From positions 207,627 through 231,626 of the forward strand of contig NZ_AZCP01000003.1 in NCBI RefSeq assembly GCF_001433855.1: a stretch of DNA of 24,000 nt, read 5' to 3'. The position numbers and the translations under genes are program-made. Positions 15,976 through 23,294 of the stretch are shown here, piece by piece (position 1 is the first letter of the stretch; each line of letters begins with the position of its first letter). This stretch comes from Levilactobacillus brevis ATCC 14869 = DSM 20054 (lineage in GTDB: Bacteria; Bacillota; Bacilli; Lactobacillales; Lactobacillaceae). The notes under the pieces were generated by a model, which ran no database searches, had not been told where the DNA came from, and worked only from the letters and a program-made list of their open reading frames with translations.

Positions 15976-16866
15976 TTGAAAAAAATTGCACCACTATTTG
16001 TCGGCTTGGGTGCCATTAGCTTTGGAATCCCGGCGTCGTTATTTAAAATCGCCCGGCATGAGGGGGTAGTGAACGGACCACTGTTATTCTGGTCATTTCT
16101 GAGTGCGGTGATTATCTTAGGCATCATTCACGTTGCGCGCCATCACTGGTTGCGTGACCAACAAACCAGTTGGCGTCAGATAGTGTTGGTGATGGCTGCG
16201 GGGACGGCGTCTGGATTTACGAATACGTTTTATATTCAGTCGTTAAAATTAATTCCGGTAGCGGCTGCGGCCGTCATGCTGATGCAAGCGGTCTGGCTGT
16301 CAGTTCTGTTGGGAGCCGTGATTCATCGGCGGTTACCCTCTCGATTACAGGTCGTTAGCATTATCTTAGTGTTAGTGGGGACGGTTTTAGCCGCGGGATT
16401 ATTTCCCATTACGCAAGCATTATCCCCATTAGGCTTATTCTTTAGCTTTTTAGCAGCCTGTGCGTATGCTTGTACCATGCAGTTTACGGCGAGTCTGGGT
16501 AATAATCTGGATGCGTTGAGTAAGACTTGGTTGTTGTGCATCGGGGCGTTTTTGTTGATTTCGATCGTTTGGGGGCCCCAGATTATGACGGCTCCGGTAA
16601 CGGGGGCGACTATTAAGTGGGGCGTACTCATTGCTTTATTTTCAATGGTCTTTCCACTGGTGGCCTATTCCATCTTTATGCCGTACCTAGAGTTGGGAAT
16701 TGGTCCGATCTTGTCATCATTAGAGTTGCCGTCGTCGATCGTGGTGGCATTTATATTGCTAGGGGAAACGGTCAGTTGGGCCCAGATTGCTGGCGTGGCG
16801 GTGATTATTTTTGCGGTCATTTTACCGAATGTTTGGGGTGTTTGGCACCAGCGACAATTGGAGTAA
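15976..16866 (+). CDS. EamA/DMT-superfamily transporter
   Basis: About 10 TM segments in two repeated halves. I propose a TTG start at 15976 (LKKIAPLFVGLGA...), downstream of AAAGGATGGGG. The track ATG at 15913 has no RBS and would add a non-hydrophobic 21-aa extension. Confidence 0.7.
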   Translation: MKKIAPLFVGLGAISFGIPASLFKIARHEGVVNGPLLFWSFLSAVIILGIIHVARHHWLRDQQTSWRQIVLVMAAGTASGFTNTFYIQSLKLIPVAAAAVMLMQAVWLSVLLGAVIHRRLPSRLQVVSIILVLVGTVLAAGLFPITQALSPLGLFFSFLAACAYACTMQFTASLGNNLDALSKTWLLCIGAFLLISIVWGPQIMTAPVTGATIKWGVLIALFSMVFPLVAYSIFMPYLELGIGPILSSLELPSSIVVAFILLGETVSWAQIAGVAVIIFAVILPNVWGVWHQRQLE

Positions 16867-16881
16867 AATTAACATCATCGA

Positions 16882-16927
16882 AAAACCGGCACTGTCAGGG
16901 CATAAACGCCTGGCAGGGCCGGTTTTA
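16882..16927. terminator. Bidirectional terminator
   Basis: aaaaccggc-actgtcaggg-cataaacg-cctggcag-ggccggtttt is a long interrupted stem with flanking A and T runs. Confidence 0.65.
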
Positions 16928-16935
16928 TTGAAGTT

Positions 16936-17127
16936 TCATTGATGAATGAGGGCGAGTGAAATGAGTAAAAAAATTTGGACAATCATGACGCCGAGGACAC
17001 CACCAAAGTAACGAGAAAAGTGGTGATCACGGTGCCACAGCCAACCTAACACAATGGCTAGGACGATTAAACCGGTGGCGAAAAGAATCAGTAATTTAAG
17101 TTTGACATCAAAATCGGTTGAGAGCAT
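16936..17127 (-). CDS. Small two-TM membrane protein, unknown function
   Basis: 63 aa with two hydrophobic helices. AAGGAAG lies 8 nt upstream of the ATG, and a candidate own promoter is present. Confidence 0.5.
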   Translation of the reverse strand: MLSTDFDVKLKLLILFATGLIVLAIVLGWLWHRDHHFSRYFGGVLGVMIVQIFLLISLALIHQ

Positions 17128-17160
17128 GCGTCACGCTTCCTTCGTTTGACAATTATACTT

Positions 17161-17191
17161 ATTATACCAGATTGAAGTTAGTTGGATTCAA
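17161..17191 (-). promoter_or_regulatory. Candidate extended -10 promoter for the 63-aa membrane protein
   Basis: The minus strand reads TTGAAT-19 nt-TGgTATAAT, with a second TATAAT 3 nt further downstream. The -35 lies in the last codons of the thiolase gene. Confidence 0.35.
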
Positions 17192-18347
17192 TCATCAGCG
17201 CCATCCCCATGCCACCGCCAATACACATTGAGGCGACACCTAAGTGAGTGCCACTGTGCAGGAGTTCATAGAGTAAGGTGACTACAATGCGGGTCCCAGA
17301 AGCACCTAGTGGATGACCCAAAGCAATGGCCCCGCCATTAACGTTTAGGCGGTCATCAGGAAGTGCCAGTGCCTGACCAACCGCGACGGATTGGGCGGCA
17401 AAGGCTTCATTTAATTCAAAACGATCAATGTCACTGACGGATCGCTGGGTTTTGGTTAAGAGTTGTTGGATTGCTGTGACGGGGGCGTAGCCCATGATGG
17501 CCGGGTCAATGCCGACTTCTTGGTAGCCACGGAGCGTTGCGAGATACGCAATACCGGCGGCTCGGGCGGTTGATTTTTTCATGAGAATCATGGCAGCGGC
17601 CCCATCGTTTAAGCCAGCGGCATTGCCGGCAGTAACGGTGCCAGCGGATTTAAAAGCAGGCCGGAGTGCGGCAAGTTGTTCACGTGAAGTTGTGGTGCGC
17701 ACGGCTTCATCGGTCGTTAACGTGGTGGTGCCTAAGGAGACGGGAACGATCTCGTCGGCAAAACGATTGGCTTGTTGTGCAGCGGTTGCCCGCCGTTGGG
17801 AACGAAGTGCGAAAGCATCTTGATCAGCACGGCTAATATGAAATTGAGCTGCAACGTTTTCAGCGGTGATGCCCATGGGGATGTCAGTGAAGGCGTCGGT
17901 CAAGCCGTCATGGGCTAGACTATCAGTGAGCGTAATATCACCAAATTTATGACCCCAACGGGTTTGCGGCGTGAGATAAGGGGCATTGCTCATGCTTTCG
18001 GTGCCACCGACTAGAACAATGTCGGCATCACCCATGAGGATGGCGCTTTGGCCCAAACGGATGGCTTTTAGGCTGGAGCCACAAACCTGATTAATGGTCA
18101 TCGCGGTGCTAGTGACGGGAAGACCAGCGTTAAGTTCAATTTGTCGGGCAATGTTTTGCCCTTGACCAGCCTGTAAGACTGAACCAAAGATGGTCTGCTG
18201 AATTGTGGCGGGGTCTAACCCACTGCGGGTAATCGCGGCTTTGGCAGCGATAGTACCTAATTGCTCGGCGCTTAAGCCCCTTAAACTTTTACCAAATTTG
18301 CCAATGGGGGTGCGTGCCGCACTGACAATAACAACTTCTTCTGCCAT
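17178..18347 (-). CDS. Acetyl-CoA C-acetyltransferase (thiolase II)
   Basis: 389 aa. Contains NQVCGSSLKA (active-site Cys), NVNGGAIALGHPLGASG, and CIGGGMGMA. AAAGGAGAG RBS. Confidence 0.9.
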   Translation of the reverse strand: MAEEVVIVSAARTPIGKFGKSLRGLSAEQLGTIAAKAAITRSGLDPATIQQTIFGSVLQAGQGQNIARQIELNAGLPVTSTAMTINQVCGSSLKAIRLGQSAILMGDADIVLVGGTESMSNAPYLTPQTRWGHKFGDITLTDSLAHDGLTDAFTDIPMGITAENVAAQFHISRADQDAFALRSQRRATAAQQANRFADEIVPVSLGTTTLTTDEAVRTTTSREQLAALRPAFKSAGTVTAGNAAGLNDGAAAMILMKKSTARAAGIAYLATLRGYQEVGIDPAIMGYAPVTAIQQLLTKTQRSVSDIDRFELNEAFAAQSVAVGQALALPDDRLNVNGGAIALGHPLGASGTRIVVTLLYELLHSGTHLGVASMCIGGGMGMALMIESN

Positions 18348-18532
18348 GTTGACTCTCCTTTACGATAGGGTTCCGAACCTTTAATATAACTGACTTTTTG
18401 GGATTTGTCTTGGGTTTGGCTTGATTGATGAGGGGAATTTGGATTTTCTTAAAGAACGGGGATAGCCTAGAAACACTTTATTATTAATAATAAACTTTAA
18501 ATTTTAATAATAAATAAAGTGGATTTTAATGC

Positions 18533-18561
18533 TTGCATTTAAAAAATATTCATGATAGAGT
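18533..18561 (+). promoter_or_regulatory. Promoter of the T-box leader
   Basis: TTGCAT at 18533-18538, a 17-nt spacer, then TGaTAGAGT (extended -10) at 18553-18561. Confidence 0.45.
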
Positions 18562-18567
18562 GTAGCC

Positions 18568-18803
18568 AACATCAAAAAACGAATAAGAAATCTTTCAAAC
18601 GAAGTAGTGACTTATCTGAGGGTTCAGAGAATTGGCGGTTGGTGCAAGCCATGCAGGGTAAGCTTAACGAAATACGAAAGGTGTTTCTTCGGGGTATCTC
18701 CACGTTATTGGGGATTAAAGTGCAGCGGACTTAGGTCCCTGAAGCTGGGTGGTACCGCGCTAAGGCGTCCCTTCTATTTTAGTATAGAAAGGACGCCTTT
18801 TTT
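18568..18803 (+). promoter_or_regulatory. T-box riboswitch leader, specifier codon UAC (tyrosine)
   Basis: Stem I elements: AGTAGTGA (GA/S-turn region), an AGAGA bulge at 18626-18630, and the distal loop TGGTGCAA at 18640-18647. The specifier loop GAAA-UAC-G has UAC at 18673-18675, directly 5' of the closing helix ctttc/gaaag. There is an F-box-like ACGTTA at 18702-18707, the T-box sequence TGGGTGGTACCGCG at 18746-18759, and then a terminator. Confidence 0.85.
18764..18803 (+). terminator. T-box expression-platform terminator
   Basis: ggcgtcccttc-tattttagtata-gaaaggacgcc followed by tttttt. The 5' arm is adjacent to the T-box sequence, giving the usual antiterminator alternative. Confidence 0.8.
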
Positions 18804-18832
18804 GATGTTAAAAATCATAGGAGGTTTTAGTT

Positions 18833-18991
18833 ATGGAGAAGCAAAATGTTAATTTAGGATTGTCGGATGATCGGTTACATTGCCCAGAATGCGGCGATAT
18901 TGTCTTCAAAAAGTTGCCGGGAACGACAGATATTGAGTGTATGAATTGTGGTCATAAAATGCCAGAGTTAACGAAATTAACCCACGCATAA
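18833..18991 (+). CDS. 52-aa zinc-ribbon protein (CPEC-x17-CMNC); not in the supplied ORF track because it is under 60 aa
   Basis: My translation: MEKQNVNLGLSDDRLHCPECGDIVFKKLPGTTDIECMNCGHKMPELTKLTHA*. AGGAGG at 18819-18824 lies 8 nt before the ATG. It is the first ORF after the T-box terminator and contains no Tyr codon. Confidence 0.6.
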   Translation: MEKQNVNLGLSDDRLHCPECGDIVFKKLPGTTDIECMNCGHKMPELTKLTHA

Positions 18992-19042
18992 ATAAGTATT
19001 ACAGATCAAAATTACTGTCAATATTTGATGGGAGGAATGAGT

Positions 19043-19303
19043 ATGCAGGAAACGAATCGTGTCATAAAAACTAAAGAGGACCACCCCATACGCGCTAAGG
19101 TAATTAGTGGAGCAGTTGCAGTTTTTATGTTGTTGCCATTAATTATAACTTTAATTAAATTTGATTGGCAGAAGATGAACGTTGTTCCATTACTAATAAT
19201 AGTCGGCATGATGGTGGCAATTATTACTGGCGTTTGGCGCCTTAGTCAGCAATTAATTACTGTAATTAGAGAGGGTGGGGATAGTGACTTCCGCGAAAGA
19301 TAG
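19043..19303 (+). CDS. 86-aa two-TM membrane protein, unknown function
   Basis: Start moved to ATG 19043 (MQETNRVIK...), 6 nt after GGGAGGA. Two hydrophobic helices: ISGAVAVFMLLPLIITLI and VVPLLIIVGMMVAIITGVW. No Tyr residue. Confidence 0.55.
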   Translation: MQETNRVIKTKEDHPIRAKVISGAVAVFMLLPLIITLIKFDWQKMNVVPLLIIVGMMVAIITGVWRLSQQLITVIREGGDSDFRER

Positions 19304-19329
19304 CGAGTATGCTATTATAGCGTTAACTT

Positions 19330-19364
19330 GGCGTCATATGGTCGAATCTCCATATGGCGTTTTT
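19330..19364 (+). terminator. Rho-independent terminator ending the T-box-driven two-gene unit
   Basis: ggcgtcatatgg-tcgaatct-ccatatggcgt gives an 11-bp stem including 2 G-U pairs, followed by tttt. Confidence 0.6.
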
Positions 19365-19442
19365 AGTTTGGATTAATTAAACTTTACATAAGGCTTAGTC
19401 ACTGGATGTCTGGCTAAATTAAAATTTGGAGGGACCAGAATT

Positions 19443-19691
19443 ATGATTGATTTAAGAGATCGAGATATTATGTCGTCAATGGAAGCAGCTAAACGGTGGA
19501 TGAAAGCGGATGATTATGTTCGTCAAGTTTATCGTAAAACACCGGAGCGCTTTCCCGCTGGGACAATTCGAAAATTTGGGAAACAATTAGTTGTTACACG
19601 AAAAGGAACGGAAGTTGTAACAGGGGAAACCGAGATTGAAGCAAAACAATTTGCCAGCATTCGACAAGATCCTAATATTCGTGACCTCTAA
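19443..19691 (+). CDS. Small helix-turn-helix DNA-binding protein, of the type common on Firmicutes plasmids and phages
   Basis: 82 aa. The segment SSMEAAKRWMKADDYVRQVYRK...GTIRKFGKQLVVTRKGTEVVTG matches the pattern of short HTH proteins (...EAA..WG.....VR.......G..RK.GK.WLVTR.A...). GGAGGG lies 9 nt upstream. Confidence 0.55.
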   Translation: MIDLRDRDIMSSMEAAKRWMKADDYVRQVYRKTPERFPAGTIRKFGKQLVVTRKGTEVVTGETEIEAKQFASIRQDPNIRDL

Positions 19692-19756
19692 TGAGATTAA
19701 AATAATTTGAGTTTATTTTTAACGTATTTTTGAAGCTAGGATTGTGGGACCACCTC

Positions 19757-19785
19757 TTGACAACGCTTTCACTGTTGGCTATCTT
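19757..19785 (+). promoter_or_regulatory. Candidate sigma-A promoter dedicated to tyrS
   Basis: TTGACA at 19757-19762, a 17-nt spacer, then TATCTT at 19780-19785. This leaves a leader of only about 70 nt before the tyrS ATG. Confidence 0.45.
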
Positions 19786-19861
19786 GTGATTGTTTGGCGG
19801 CAATAAATTAGAACTAAACCGCTAGATGAGTTTTGGTGCTTAGTGAAAGGGGAACAAGCTG

Positions 19862-21118
19862 ATGAATATTATTGATGAACTAACCTGGCGTGGTGCAATT
19901 AATCAACAGACCGATGCTGAAGGGCTAAAAAAGTTAACGTCTGAGAAGAAAATATCGTTGTATTGTGGAGTTGATCCAACGGGCGACAGTATGCACATTG
20001 GGCATTTGATTCCATTTATGATGATGAAGCGCTTTGAATTAGCCGGGCATCACCCCTATATTTTGATTGGTGGTGCGACTGGGAGTATTGGTGATCCCAG
20101 TGGTCGAAAGACGGAGCGTCAATTACAAACCATGGATAAAGTGCAGCATAATGTTAAAGCCTTGTCGCGACAGATGCAGCGGCTATTCGGTGGGGATTCA
20201 AATGTGACGATGGTAAATAACTATGATTGGTTATCTAAAATTTCTCTTTTGGATTTTTTGCGGGACTATGGGAAATTAGTTAATATCAATACCATGTTGG
20301 CTAAGGATATTGTTGCCAGTCGTCTAGATACTGGCATTTCATTTACGGAGTTTACGTACCAAATTCTGCAGTCAGTGGATTTCTTGACGCTGCATAACGA
20401 TCATAATATTCAGTTGCAGATTGGTGGAGCTGACCAATGGGGAAACATTACTGCTGGAATTGATTTAATTCATAAAATTAAAGGGGCCGACGAAGCCGTT
20501 TATGGGTTAACGATTCCACTTATGTTAAAGGCAGATGGAACCAAATTTGGCAAAACAGCTGGCGGTGCGATCTGGTTAGATGCTGATAAGACGTCACCGT
20601 ATGAATTTTATCAATTTTGGTTGAATCAGGATGACCGGGATGTTATTCGCTACTTGAAATTTTTCACATTTTTGGGGCAGGATGAGATTAATCAGTTAGC
20701 AGCCACTGTTGAGGATGAACCAGAAAAGCGATTGGCCCAGCGACGTTTGGCAGAGGAAGTCACCCGTTTTGTTCACGGCGAGGAAGCTTTGGAGTCAGCG
20801 CAGCACATTTCGGAAATTCTATTCTCGGGAGATATTCAAAGGTTGACACTTACTGAAGTTCAAGAAGCATTTGAAAAGGTGCCAAATGTTTCGATTAATT
20901 CCGAACCAACTAACATTGTTGAGCTGTTAACCGAAACAGCGATTGAACCTTCACGGCGGCAAGCACGTGAGGATATCACTAATGGTGCGATTACGATTAA
21001 TGGTGAACGCTGTACGAATACGGACGCACAATTGAATCCTAAAACGAATTTCTCTGGTAAGTTTATGGTTATCCGACGGGGGAAGAAAAATTATTTCTTA
21101 GCAAAAGTAAAAGATTAG
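19862..21118 (+). CDS. tyrS: Tyrosyl-tRNA synthetase (tdc-locus copy)
   Basis: 418 aa. HIGH motif (DSMHIGHLIPF), KMSKS variant (TKFGKTAGG), and a C-terminal S4-like domain. Synteny with tyrDC and tyrP. Confidence 0.95.
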   Translation: MNIIDELTWRGAINQQTDAEGLKKLTSEKKISLYCGVDPTGDSMHIGHLIPFMMMKRFELAGHHPYILIGGATGSIGDPSGRKTERQLQTMDKVQHNVKALSRQMQRLFGGDSNVTMVNNYDWLSKISLLDFLRDYGKLVNINTMLAKDIVASRLDTGISFTEFTYQILQSVDFLTLHNDHNIQLQIGGADQWGNITAGIDLIHKIKGADEAVYGLTIPLMLKADGTKFGKTAGGAIWLDADKTSPYEFYQFWLNQDDRDVIRYLKFFTFLGQDEINQLAATVEDEPEKRLAQRRLAEEVTRFVHGEEALESAQHISEILFSGDIQRLTLTEVQEAFEKVPNVSINSEPTNIVELLTETAIEPSRRQAREDITNGAITINGERCTNTDAQLNPKTNFSGKFMVIRRGKKNYFLAKVKD

Positions 21119-21156
21119 AGAAAAATTAATTTTTATTAATGTAATACCCGTTAGCG

Positions 21157-21185
21157 GGTCTGATAGTCGTATCAGGACCGCTTTT
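21157..21185 (+). terminator. Candidate tyrS terminator
   Basis: ggtctgata-gtcg-tatcaggacc gives 9 bp with 1 bulge, followed by gcttttc. Confidence 0.5.
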
Positions 21186-21253
21186 CGTATCTTAAAAGGT
21201 CCTAATAAAGCAATAATAAGCCGAACAGTTTCTCTAATTTTAATAAAATACCC

Positions 21254-21282
21254 TTTACAGGGTATTTGTGAAAGCGTATTCT
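21254..21282 (+). promoter_or_regulatory. Candidate tyrDC promoter
   Basis: TTTACA at 21254-21259, a 17-nt spacer, then TATTCT at 21277-21282. The -35 is embedded in an 8-bp inverted repeat. Confidence 0.35.
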
Positions 21283-21324
21283 CTTGGGTGAACCAGGATA
21301 TTAAATCTGCAGGAGGTAAGTGAC

Positions 21325-23205
21325 ATGGAAAAAAGTAATCGCTCACTTAAAGATTTAGATTTAAATGCATTATTTATTGGGGATAAGGCCGAAAATGGAC
21401 AGTTGTATAAAGATCTGCTTAATAAATTAGTGGATGAACATTTAGGATGGCGTAAGAACTACATACCTTCGGATCCAAATATGATTGGTCCAGAAGATCA
21501 AAACTCTCCAGCGTTTAAAAAGACTGTTGGGCATATGAAGACAGTCTTAGATCAATTGTCAGAACGGATTCGAACAGAGTCTGTTCCATGGCATTCGGCT
21601 GGTCGTTATTGGGGTCACATGAATTCAGAGACCCTAATGCCTGCTCTATTGGCGTATAACTATGCCATGTTATGGAATGGTAATAACGTGGCTTATGAAT
21701 CTTCACCAGCAACGTCGCAAATGGAAGAAGAAGTTGGCCAAGAATTTGCCCGATTAATGGGTTATGACTATGGTTGGGGCCACATTGTCGCAGATGGTTC
21801 CTTGGCTAATCTTGAGGGACTCTGGTATGCGCGAAATATTAAATCACTCCCGTTTGCCATGAAAGAAGTTAATCCAGAATTAGTTGCCGGTAAGTCCGAT
21901 TGGGAGCTTCTTAATATGCCGACTAAAGAAATTATGGATCTTTTGGAGAATGCGGGTTCTCAGATCGATGAAGTCAAGAAGCGTTCAGCTCGAAGTGGTA
22001 AGAATCTACAACGCCTTGGGAAATGGCTAGTACCACAAACGAAGCATTATTCTTGGATGAAGGCCGCTGATATCATTGGTATTGGTTTGGATCAAGTTGT
22101 TCCTGTTCCAATTGATAGTAATTATCGGATGGATATTCAAGCCTTAGAAAGTATTATTCGTAAATATGCGGCTGAAAAGACACCAATACTAGGTGTGGTT
22201 GGTGTGGCCGGATCAACTGAAGAAGGTGCCGTTGATGGCATTGATAAGATTGTCGCTTTACGTCAAAAGCTGCAAAAGGAAGGAATTTACTTTTATCTAC
22301 ACGTAGATGCTGCATATGGTGGATATGCTCGGGCATTGTTCTTGGACGAGGACGATCAGTTTATTCCATACAAAAATTTACAAAAAGTACATGCGGAAAA
22401 TCATGTCTTCACGGAAGATAAAGAATACATCAAGCCAGAAGTCTATGCGGCATATAAAGCTTTCGATCAAGCAGAGTCCATTACAATTGATCCCCATAAG
22501 ATGGGATATGTACCATACTCGGCTGGGGGCATTGTCATTCAAGATATTCGGATGCGTGACACGATTTCCTATTTTGCAACATATGTATTTGAGAAGGGTG
22601 CCGATATTCCGGCATTGCTAGGTGCTTATATTCTGGAGGGCTCCAAAGCGGGTGCCACTGCTGCATCTGTTTGGGCAGCACACCACACATTGCCATTGAA
22701 CGTGACAGGATATGGGAAGTTGGAAGGTGCCTCAATTGAAGGGGCTCACCGTTACTATGATTTCTTGAAGAATTTAAAGTTTGAAGTGGCTGGTAAACGG
22801 ATTTCAGTTCATCCGTTAATCTCACCTGACTTCAATATGGTTGACTATGTTTTAAAAGAAGATGGCAATGATGACTTAATTGAAATGAATCGATTGAATC
22901 ATGCCTTCTATGAACAAGCATCTTATGTTAAAGGGTCCTTGTATGGTAAAGAATATATCGTATCACATACGGACTTTGCTATCCCAGATTATGGTGATAG
23001 TCCATTGGCATTTGTTGAAAGTCTAGGCTTTAGCGAAGCTGAATGGCGACATGCCGGAAAGGTTACAATCATTCGCGCTTCGGTTATGACGCCGTATATG
23101 AATCAACGAGAAAACTTTGACTACTTTGCACCACGAATCAAAAAAGCAATTCAAGCAGACCTTGAAAAAGTCTATGCTTCGGTTAATCAAAAGGAAAATG
23201 TTTAA
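21325..23205 (+). CDS. tyrDC: Tyrosine decarboxylase (PLP-dependent, group II decarboxylase)
   Basis: 626 aa. I recognise the N-terminus [32 protein letters not shown]... as L. brevis TDC. The PLP-lysine motif is [22 protein letters not shown]. Confidence 0.95.
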   Translation: MEKSNRSLKDLDLNALFIGDKAENGQLYKDLLNKLVDEHLGWRKNYIPSDPNMIGPEDQNSPAFKKTVGHMKTVLDQLSERIRTESVPWHSAGRYWGHMNSETLMPALLAYNYAMLWNGNNVAYESSPATSQMEEEVGQEFARLMGYDYGWGHIVADGSLANLEGLWYARNIKSLPFAMKEVNPELVAGKSDWELLNMPTKEIMDLLENAGSQIDEVKKRSARSGKNLQRLGKWLVPQTKHYSWMKAADIIGIGLDQVVPVPIDSNYRMDIQALESIIRKYAAEKTPILGVVGVAGSTEEGAVDGIDKIVALRQKLQKEGIYFYLHVDAAYGGYARALFLDEDDQFIPYKNLQKVHAENHVFTEDKEYIKPEVYAAYKAFDQAESITIDPHKMGYVPYSAGGIVIQDIRMRDTISYFATYVFEKGADIPALLGAYILEGSKAGATAASVWAAHHTLPLNVTGYGKLEGASIEGAHRYYDFLKNLKFEVAGKRISVHPLISPDFNMVDYVLKEDGNDDLIEMNRLNHAFYEQASYVKGSLYGKEYIVSHTDFAIPDYGDSPLAFVESLGFSEAEWRHAGKVTIIRASVMTPYMNQRENFDYFAPRIKKAIQADLEKVYASVNQKENV

Positions 23206-23294
23206 GCCAATCAATCCAGTTTGACTGATTGTCGGTCATTAGGGATAGTGATCGACTGCTATTATTAAATTATTTTTTGAAGGGAAGCGCGAAC

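Noticed and set aside
18484-18514. 11-nt direct repeat ttaataataaa (two copies) as a possible att site or insertion scar of the tyramine island
   Set aside because: It is a low-complexity AT repeat in an AT-rich spacer, so chance occurrence is likely. No matching copy is seen elsewhere in the window, and the right island end is outside it. It is kept only as a note under the boundary finding.
18552-18852. Track ORFs 18552-18734 (60 aa) and 18607-18852 (81 aa)
   Set aside because: They lie entirely across the T-box leader (Stem I, T-box sequence and terminator) and have no RBS. The RNA-element explanation is much stronger than coding.
19692-19861. Looked for a second T-box or remnant directly upstream of tyrS
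   Set aside because: There is no GGTGGTACCGCG-like sequence, no AGAGA/GGUGNRA Stem I signature and no leader terminator. Only a plain promoter-like element is present.
21098-21346. 82-aa minus-strand ORF spanning the tyrS-tyrDC spacer
   Set aside because: It overlaps the 3' end of tyrS, the spacer hairpins and the tyrDC start. It has no RBS and low-complexity AT-driven composition.
22154-22825. ORFs 22154-22336(-), 22307-22621(+) and 22535-22825(-) inside tyrDC
   Set aside because: These are alternative frames of the well-supported tyrDC CDS.
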